From Macrostomum lignano (Eukaryota), in contig NIVC01000353.1 in assembly GCA_002269645.1 (NCBI GenBank), forward strand, positions 62,001-126,000: DNA of 64,000 bases, written 5' to 3'. The notes under the pieces were generated by a model, which ran no database searches, was not told the origin of the DNA, and worked only from the letters and a program-made list of their open reading frames with translations. A program made the translations under genes and the position numbers. Of this stretch, positions 56,281-64,000 are shown piece after piece (the first letter of the stretch is position 1; each line of letters opens with the position of its first letter).

Positions 56281-57899
56281 ACCTTGACTGCGTGATTTTA
56301 TGGCTTTCTCGTATTAAGTAACTTTAATGGAAAAATATTCGTATTGCAAAATTCCACTTTTTCGAAGTGTTCCCATCAATGGTCTTGAATTCAGAATTAA
56401 GCAAAGGATCAATGACCAGTACAAGAAAGGTAAAAACCCAGGTAAGGATATTCTTCGTTAACCTCAACGTGTTATTCCATGTCTAAAAGTAGATGCAAGG
56501 CACGAACCACGTGATTTAATTAGATTCTTTGTGCTCAGAGCCGGATTTCTGGTTTTCCGGCCCGGTTATTATTGACTGTGTGGCGTAAATTCTCCGTTAA
56601 ACTTTTTGTACGTGATATTTCTCAGACTTATGTCGGACTAATTGTTCATGCATGATCAGCAATTCATGATTATTTTTAGCATTACAAGAAGAATATTGAT
56701 GAATAAAATTGAGCAATTGTTGCGACTTCTGACTTTTCCTGTAGAGCTATAGGAATGAGGGCAGATAAAGATGATTGATTGTTTTCATTTTTGTCTGTTG
56801 TATCGATTTTTCAAGCTGTGTTAACAAATAAATGCAAGGCGTTCATACAGAGTTTTACAGAATTTCACTAAATGAGTTACTTATCTTTGCCGGGCGTCAA
56901 AAACTTTATTAAAAAGCAAAATGTCTGCCATTTTTCCTGAGCTGACTGTAGTATGTTTGAATAAATAGGTATGAATAAAATCGATGAGTTGTTGGATGAA
57001 GCTCACATATTTCAGGAAAGTATCCAGTTAAGTATTGACAAACGTTGCAACGAAATTTTCCAACAAGGACTGTCATTTCATTCACAAAAGGTCTCAAATG
57101 ACACAGAATTAACAGAAACTCAACTCTATATTGTGCAAATACTTCGCTATTGGAAGTACTGCAGCTGGTTAAAGCAATTGAGATACGAAATAATGCTTCT
57201 GTCAACTTCCTATACAATTTAATGATGATGGTTAGTTGTTTTTGTTGCGATGAGCAGATCCAAAGACAGGGAAAATGTAAGCCGATAAAGGCATCCTCTA
57301 CAGATGAGGAAGGATATTTTAAACTATTGATATTCATAAAGCTTTTCGTTCAGAAAATTAGAATTCTATGTCAATTTTTTATTTTACGGACATTTCCTGT
57401 ACCTAAAAATCATAAAAATGCAGGGCACAGCTAGACTCTGGTTTTATGGATCTATTTTATAATCCCTGTTACACATGTTGTACGTTACACAGTCAGCTAA
57501 GAACGATAGAATAGATTTATAAAACCAATGAGCAGAGCCGTGCCATTGTAATGGTTTTAATATTGTACGTAGATATGTCATGCAAAAAATAATATAGAAT
57601 CCTAATTTTCTGAACGAAAAGCTTTATAAATATCAATAGAGCTGTAAGAAAGGCACAGAAGATGAACGTTGGGTCTGCCTCCCATCGAAAGTAATAACAA
57701 TATTGTGCTTTAAAAATTAAAACTTCCTATCTCCGTAGTGTATTTTTCTGCGAAAAGTGGCCTTCAAAACTTTTCCCCCATAGATTTTGTTTTGAATGTT
57801 GCGTCATTCTACTTTGGTAGTCCTTAGGTCCGACCATTGCAGAAACTTTGTTTGGTTACCGCTCTCTGCCTCTGTGAGCAGGCAGCAACAGCAAAACAA

Positions 57900-58060
57900 C
57901 GGGTTCGCGCTTGGCCTCGCCCGAGAGGACCCTGCAAGGTGAGCAGCAGGACGTCCTGCAGAGGCTGGGTGCAGCAGTCTTAGACTCAGACCACGTAGCC
58001 CGCCAGTTGAAACATTCTCTGCGCCCTCCTCTCCATGTGGAGCACCAGACTGTCGAGGTT
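57900..58060 (-). mobile_element. Decayed 3' fragment of the same RTE-like LINE family as 59626-63425
   Basis: CAACTGGCGGGCTACGTG...CAGGACGTCCTGCTGCTCACCTTGCAGGG...GGCCAAGCGCGAACC aligns with 59790-59900 and contains stop codons. Confidence 0.75.
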
Positions 58061-58835
58061 GGTGAGCCGCTGGCATGGTTATGGCAAAGTAAACTGTTGG
58101 CACCCTGCCGCAGGCATGTAGCGCTGTGGCAATTCTGCTCATTCCTGAGCACGCAACACGCACACAGGGTGTACAGTGGCACTGACTTTCTAATTTTCAT
58201 GCATGCACACTCTGTGCCTTGCGGGTTTGGCCATCATGATTGCAAATCGCATGACAACACCCCCGGGAATTTTCGTGTCCAAGCTCCAAATATATCTGGC
58301 CGCGCACGAAAGCGAAACATCGCAAGCTGAGTAGGTCTGCCAACGACTCTGAGTAGTTGCTCCGTGGATTATGGATTATAAAGCGCCTTTTACTTCAGTA
58401 CTCGTATTTCTGAGCATATAGAGGACCAGCAGTTCGTGCGATATATTTACCAGACAAATCAGATAATGTTGATTTTGATTACAGAACCGGTGCTCCGATA
58501 TCATTTCCTTTCTTGGCTATTTGCTTTTCTATGAGCATACTATGGATTTAACCAGCCCGATCGAGTAAACAGAAACTTTCTTTGCAGTTGTAGCGAATCT
58601 ACTACGCAGTGTGCTGCATGGCTGGTTACACAACCCAGGTTCCTAATTTTCTCTAAGCCGTCCGCTAACGGGCTACGTGATCAGCCAGTGCTGACGGCAA
58701 CTCTACCGACTCCGCTGACTCCTGACATACTGTACGCAGGCACGCACTCGTACACATGCTCACACGGAGTGTACAGCAGCCCTAAATATCGTCATGCATG
58801 TGCGCAATTTCTGTCTTCGTGGTTTGCCCACGACC

Positions 58836-59077
58836 TCGACCCAGTCGGAACAATTTGTGTCCTTGAGAGCAAGACACTTAACTCTGCATTGCTTCAGTTT
58901 ACCCAGCTGTAAAATGTGGTGTGTGTGGCGACCCCCCAGTCCTTGGACTGAACAGCCGTACAGTCCAAGTGCAATAGCTGCGGCTGAGCTGTCGGTTGCA
59001 CATCTGCCCATTAGTACAGGTGTAATCAATTATTATTATTGTTATTGTTATTATTATTATTATTATCATTATTATTA
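58836..59077 (+). mobile_element. 5'-truncated copy of the tRNA-derived SINE with a (TTA)-rich tail
   Basis: TCGACCCAGTCGGAACAATTTGTGT...CCCAGCTGTAAAATG...GGCGACCCCCAGTCCTTGGACTGAACAGC matches the minus strand of 3590-3780. Confidence 0.75.
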
Positions 59078-59625
59078 CGAGGGGTGTCCCAAAAATAGTG
59101 GGAAAAACTGATCCACAGACTGAATGTGAAATCAGAATTTTATGTAACATGCATCACTGAACTCTCAAAAGAGCCAATCGAAGCACGATGAAAAAGTGTG
59201 AAATAATGACCGCAAAATTGTGGAATAATGACATCAGTGCCGGGCATAAGTGTACGTACAATGGGCTTACTTAGCATGTAACTTCGTTGAATAATGACCA
59301 GAACACTCGCGCGACAGAGGCAATCTCGGAAATCGACGTGGTGTTCGCGTGGAAGACGATACTGTTGAGTTTGGCATTTTCTTTTTCTCATTCAGTTGTT
59401 CAGTGTTTCGTCGAAAGAAGGTCAACGCCAGTTCGTGTACTCCCAGTGGAAATTGGGGAAGCGAATTAGCGAAATTGTTAGCCAGCTGACTGAAATTCAC
59501 GGAGTGAGCGCGATCTCAGAGTGCTGTTTATCGCTGGCTTGAAGAGCTCAGTCAAGGACGAACAGACGTTGCTGACGACACAGCAAACCGTGGCCGTCCG
59601 GTTTCTCCTTCAACGAAGACACTGG

Positions 59626-62600
59626 CAACAACAACAACAACAACACAATACGCGGCCCCGCAAGCAAAGTCAGTTAGAGCAGGGCGCGTCAGATAGCGCG
59701 CCGCAGAGCCTGGGAGCGAACGAAATCCGCTCCGTTGGCAGTGTCGGGCGCCCCAGCGTCGCACAGCAGGCAGTCCACGTATCGACGGGTTCGGGCCTGA
59801 CCCCGCCTGAACGGGCCCTGCAAGGTGAGCAGCAGGACGTCCTGAACGGGTTGGGGGCAGTAGCCCTCGGCCCGGATCACGTGGCCCGCCAGTTGGAGTC
59901 GCCGTCGGCGCAGGATGGTGGACGGGCGCTGCAGCTTGGCCCGATCGTACAGGGCCTTGGTCCTGACGCTCTCGTCAGCTCGAAAGGCCGCACGGAGCAG
60001 CCCTGAGTGCGCCGAGTCCAGCTGCCGCTCCAACGTAGCCGTCAGCGTCCACGTCTCGGCGTTGTAGAGCAGGACGGTTTCGACCACCGCCTGCCACAGC
60101 CGAGCCCTCTGGCGGTCGGGCAGCGCTTCGGACTGGAGGACGGCTCGGATCGAACGAAAGGCCGCTCAGGCAAGTCCTCTGCGCCGCCGGAGGTCTTCTT
60201 CCACGTGGGGCACCAGACCGCCGAGGTAGGTGAACCGCTGGCAGCGTGCGAGCCTGGTCGTCTGCCCGTCTGCGCCGCGGCATGTCAGGTCTGCTGGGAC
60301 AGTCAGCACCTCGGTCTTTAGCGTGTTGACAACCAGACCGACGCTCGATGCTACCTCGACCAACCTGTCGATCTGGCGTTGGGCGCCTCCAACAGACGAG
60401 GACAGGAGGGCGAGGTCGTCGGCGTAGCCAAGCACGCTTAGGCGCTTTTCGCCGTGGCGGCGACCGATGCGTCTGCGCAGCAGGAAGCCGTCATTAGCCG
60501 AGAGGAGTGCGGTCCGAAGCACCCAGTCCAGCAGCAGCACGAAGAGGAACGGCGCCAAGGTGTCTCTCTGCAGAACTCCTGATGAGGTGTCGAACAGGTC
60601 AGACAGGCCGTCCGCCGTCACCACAGCAGCTCGAGTATCGCAATACAGCGCCATGACAGCGTCGATTAGCTGCTGGGGCACCCGGTAGGCTCGAAGGACG
60701 AAGGGGAGAGCGGCTCTCAACACCGAGTCAAACGCCTTTCGGAAGTCAACGAAGACAATGATCAGCGTAGACTGGCGGATGCGCGCCTCCTCGATGACAC
60801 GGCGGAGTGCGAGGATCTGTGTCACTGTACCGCGTTGCGGCCGGAATCCGTTCTGCTCGTACCGCAGGTACGGGTCCAGCACCGACTGGAGACGATCGAG
60901 CAGCAGCCGGTTGAAGAGCTTCGCGGTGCAGGACATCAGCGAGATCCCGCGGTGGTCTTCTTTCCGCGTTGTCCCTGCCTTCTTCGGGATTGGCACGATG
61001 TGCGCGACGGTCCACTCGGTGGGCGCAGGAGCGCCGGCGAGCACGCGGTTCATGACGCCTGTGACCTGGGAGGCCACACAGCGGAGCCGCAGCGCTTCGA
61101 CCGGGACTTCGTCGGGGCCGAGCGCCTTGCCGCCTGATGTTTTCCGAGCGAACAGCACAACGTCCTCCGTGGTGACTAGTCTGGTGCAGAAGTCCTCCTC
61201 AGCTGGGAGCGGCGTGTCCAGTGGGAGCGCAAAGCTGGCGGGCAGCGGCGATGCGGGCGCGTTCACGATGCCGGCGAAGAAGTCGCGCAATTCATTCCTG
61301 CGCTCCTCCGGAGTGTCGCCGGCCAGATTCAGCGCCACGCGCTTTTTGCGCCCCGTCAGAGTCCGGACGGCCGTCCACACTGCGCGGCTCTTCACGTCGG
61401 GGCCGGCTGCAGTGATGAACCTAATGGCGTCGTCGACAGCGGCCTGCTGCCGCTCGTCAAGAAGGCGCTCAAATGCGTCTTCAGCTTCGCCTGTGGGCCT
61501 CCGGTTTCTGCGGAGTCGCTCGATGTTGAGCCGCGCCTGCCTGATGGTCGGGTCGCTCTGCCAGACAGGCAACGATTTTTGCGCTGGCCGCATCAGCGGG
61601 ACCGTCTGCTCTGCAGCAGCTCTAACGGCGGTGCTGATGTCGGAATACTCCGCCTCGCGCTGGTCTCCAAGCGCGCTGACGAAGGCACCCGTGAATTGAC
61701 GCTTTACGTGGGTGTCCAACAGTGCGCGATAGTAGCGCCGTGGCCGCTGCTTTGGCGGTCGGTAGAGCTGGTCGCGGAGCCGCAAGTCGCAGATCAGGAG
61801 TCGGTGGTCTGACCGGAGAGCCAGCGGAGCCATGGTGTCGCAGTTGGTGACGCGGCGGCGCTCGCGAGTGCGAACCAGCGCATGATCGAGTTGCGCCAGT
61901 CTCCTCGTGGCATTCCGCCCGCGTGCGTTCCGCCGCCTTCTCTTGCAGCCCGCAAAGGTAGCCAGGCGGGCAGGGGGCTTGCGGAACTGGGTGTTCGCGG
62001 ACACCAGGTCCAGCCGGTCAAGCAGGTCCTCCAGCGCATCGGTGTTGGCGTTCTCGCGTCCCGCGATAAAGGGCGAGCGCTCGGACCTCCGCGGGACTGC
62101 GTTCAGGTCTCCGAGCACTGCCAGCGTGTCGCGGTTTGGCACCTCTTCCAGCTGCCCAGCCAGGAAGTCGAAGAAGGCACGCGCCTCCTCGGGGTGAGCA
62201 GCGGTGGGTGCATACGCGCAGAACAGCCGGATGCAGCGGGCGCGTAGTCGCAGGTCGACCCGCATCAGTCGCGGGGACAGCGAGATGCAGTGCACGCTCT
62301 GCCGGAGGCGCGGTCCGATCAGTACGCCGACACCGCCCCGGCCGCGGTTGTCTGCCGACGTGTACAGGAGGCTCCAGCCGGCTCCGAGGTCCTCAGAGTG
62401 GAGCCCCGGCTCGGCCACGATAGAGACCTCCTGCAGTGAGACGAGGTCCAGCTGTAGGTCGTGGGCCAGCTGGACAAGGATGGTGCGACGCCAGGGGGCC
62501 TTCAGAGTTCGGCAGTTCATCGTGCCGAGTCTGAGGCGGCCTCCTGGTACAGCTGGGGCCAGATGGAGGTTGGCCTCATGGTCCCCGGCGCCACCCGGCG

Positions 62601-63425
62601 GATCCATAGTTGAGGTAGCAGGGACTGGGGACAACAGGCGCCTGGCCGCGCCACGGAGTCGCCCTCGCCGGTTGCGCTCGCGCCGCCGCTCAGTTCGACG
62701 TTGCGCGCTGCGCTGACCTCTGCGAGTCCCTGCTGTGCTGAGCTTTGCTGCCGCAGCCGAAGCGCGGCCGTCCGAGCCAACCGAGGTCATCCGCGGCCTG
62801 ATGATCTGGCCGCGATGCCAGGAGGTGTCAGCACGATTTGCACGGGTGTGCAAATAAAATGGCTCTGCAAATAAAATGGCTCTGCAAATAAAATGGCTCT
62901 GCAAATAAAATGGCTCTGCAAATAAAATGGCTCTGCAAATAAAATGGCTCTGCAAATAAAATGGCTCTGCAAATAAAATGGCTCTGCAAATAAAATGGCT
63001 CTGCAAATAAAATGGCTCTGCAAATAAAATGGCTCTGCAAATAAAATGGCTCTGCAAATAAAATGGCTCTGCAAATAAAATGGCTCTGCAAATAAAATGG
63101 CTCTGCAAATAAAATGGCTCTGCAAATAAAATGGCTCTGCAAATAAAATGGCTCTGCAAATAAAATGGCTCTGCAAATAAAATGGCTCTGCAAATAAAAT
63201 GGCTCTGCAAATAAAATGGCTCTGCAAATAAAATGGCTCTGCAAATAAAATGGCTCTGCAAATAAAATGGCTCTGCAAATAAAATGGCTCTGCAAATAAA
63301 ATGGCTCTGCAAATAAAATGGCTCTGCAAATAAAATGGCTCTGCAAATAAAATGGCTCTGCAAATAAAATGGCTCTGCAAATAAAATGGCTCTGCAAATA
63401 AAATGGCTCTTTTCCATTTCCAGTG
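59626..63425 (-). mobile_element. RTE-like non-LTR retrotransposon (APE + RT), ORF ~62790-59689 with one in-frame stop
   Basis: Endonuclease motifs LGTMNCRTL, SLQE, AYAPT, LGDLNA and SDH; RT motifs YEQNGFR, FVDFRKAFDS, GVLQRDTLAPFLF and LGYADD; C-terminal RRRRLQLAGHVIRA. TGA at 60168-60166 with the frame continuing. (TTG)n tail at 59626-59648; 11-bp TSD GAAGACACTGG (59615-59625, 63426-63436). Confidence 0.92.
62850..63410. repeat. Perfect 17-bp tandem array (CAAATAAAATGGCTCTG) x ~33 at the LINE 5' end
   Basis: Read directly; lies between the LINE ORF start and the 5' TSD copy. Confidence 0.95.
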
Positions 63426-64000
63426 GAAGACACTGGAAATGTAACAGAAATGTGACAGAGTCATTCGGGAAAATCCCCGTGTGACTGCAAGAGAGTTGGG
63501 GGATCGACTGGGCAGACCAAAAACCTCAATTCATCAAATTTTTCCTCTGCTGAAGAAGCACCTGTGTGGGCGCATCTTTGACCACGGCGACAACTTGGAG
63601 GGAGAGAAGTCCGGCGAGTTCTGATGCACGAGATTCCGCGTCGAGCTTATGCAGATGCCATCAATGTACTCTTCACGCGATGGACCAAGTGCTGCAAGCT
63701 GAGGGGTGACTTCGTCAAAAATTGTTCAATCGATGGCGATGCTGAGTAGCCGACCTTGCTGGGCTTGACTTGGTGTAACTCTGCTCCTTAACCCCTGTTC
63801 TACTTTTAGCCATATTTTTGAAGGAAATAACATTTTGTCAAAATTAAAAAAGCAATAAAACTGTAGAATAGTTATCAATTCAGTGACGCATGTTACACTA
63901 AATTCTGATTTCGCATTCAGTCTGTGGATCAATTTTTCCCACTATTTTTGGGACACCCCTCGTATTATTATTTCATTGATTCTATAACGTTGCGTGAAAT

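Larger units (their letters stand above)
59078..63962 (+). mobile_element. Mariner (Tc1/mariner) relic with ~85-bp TIRs and a TA TSD, internally deleted and interrupted by a LINE
   Basis: TA|CGAGGGGTGTCCCAAAAATAGTGGGAAAAA... and ...TTTTTCCCACTATTTTTGGGACACCCCTCG|TA. Transposase remnants: VYRWLEELSQGRTDVADD..RGRP (59540-59610), RVIRENPRVTARELGDRLG..SIHQI (63455-63540) and LKKHL.G..F...RWTKC..L.GDFV (63550-63716). The catalytic core is missing. Confidence 0.88.

Noticed and set aside
60758-61699. 313-aa plus-strand ORF and other GC-rich ORFs over 59.5-62.8 kb and 24-28 kb
   Set aside because: Antisense or alternate-frame shadows of the LINE and RepHel coding sequences.
62787-63464. N-terminal AEPFYLQSHFICRAILF repeats on the LINE ORF
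   Set aside because: Translation of the 17-bp array in all three frames; the real ORF probably begins at or after 62790.

Overview
Eukaryotic (invertebrate animal) genomic DNA with GT-AG introns and TTAGGG-type repeats. The style is compatible with a flatworm such as Macrostomum, but that is inference only. Host genes: (i) the 3' five exons of a type I membrane protein with tandem atypical C-type lectin domains (2-6743); (ii) a cluster of nine signal peptide/WSC-domain units (about five intact-looking, the rest degenerate), several in head-to-head pairs. The centre holds a 29.1-kb array (17470-46605) of six head-to-tail Helitron units joined by five exact CTAG|TC junctions inside one A|T target site. 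It comprises one ~10.1-kb unit encoding a 9-exon, ~1729-aa OTU + HUH-Rep + PIF1 protein, and five non-autonomous units. The units belong to two subfamilies that carry different 23-bp internal satellites; one subfamily also carries (TTAGGG)n tracts. A solo copy of the same family sits in an intron of the lectin gene. The right end is a nest: a SINE tail holds a long-TIR mariner relic, which holds an RTE-like LINE with a perfect 17-bp array inside its TSD-bounded 5' end. All coordinates, splice models and alignments were read by eye.
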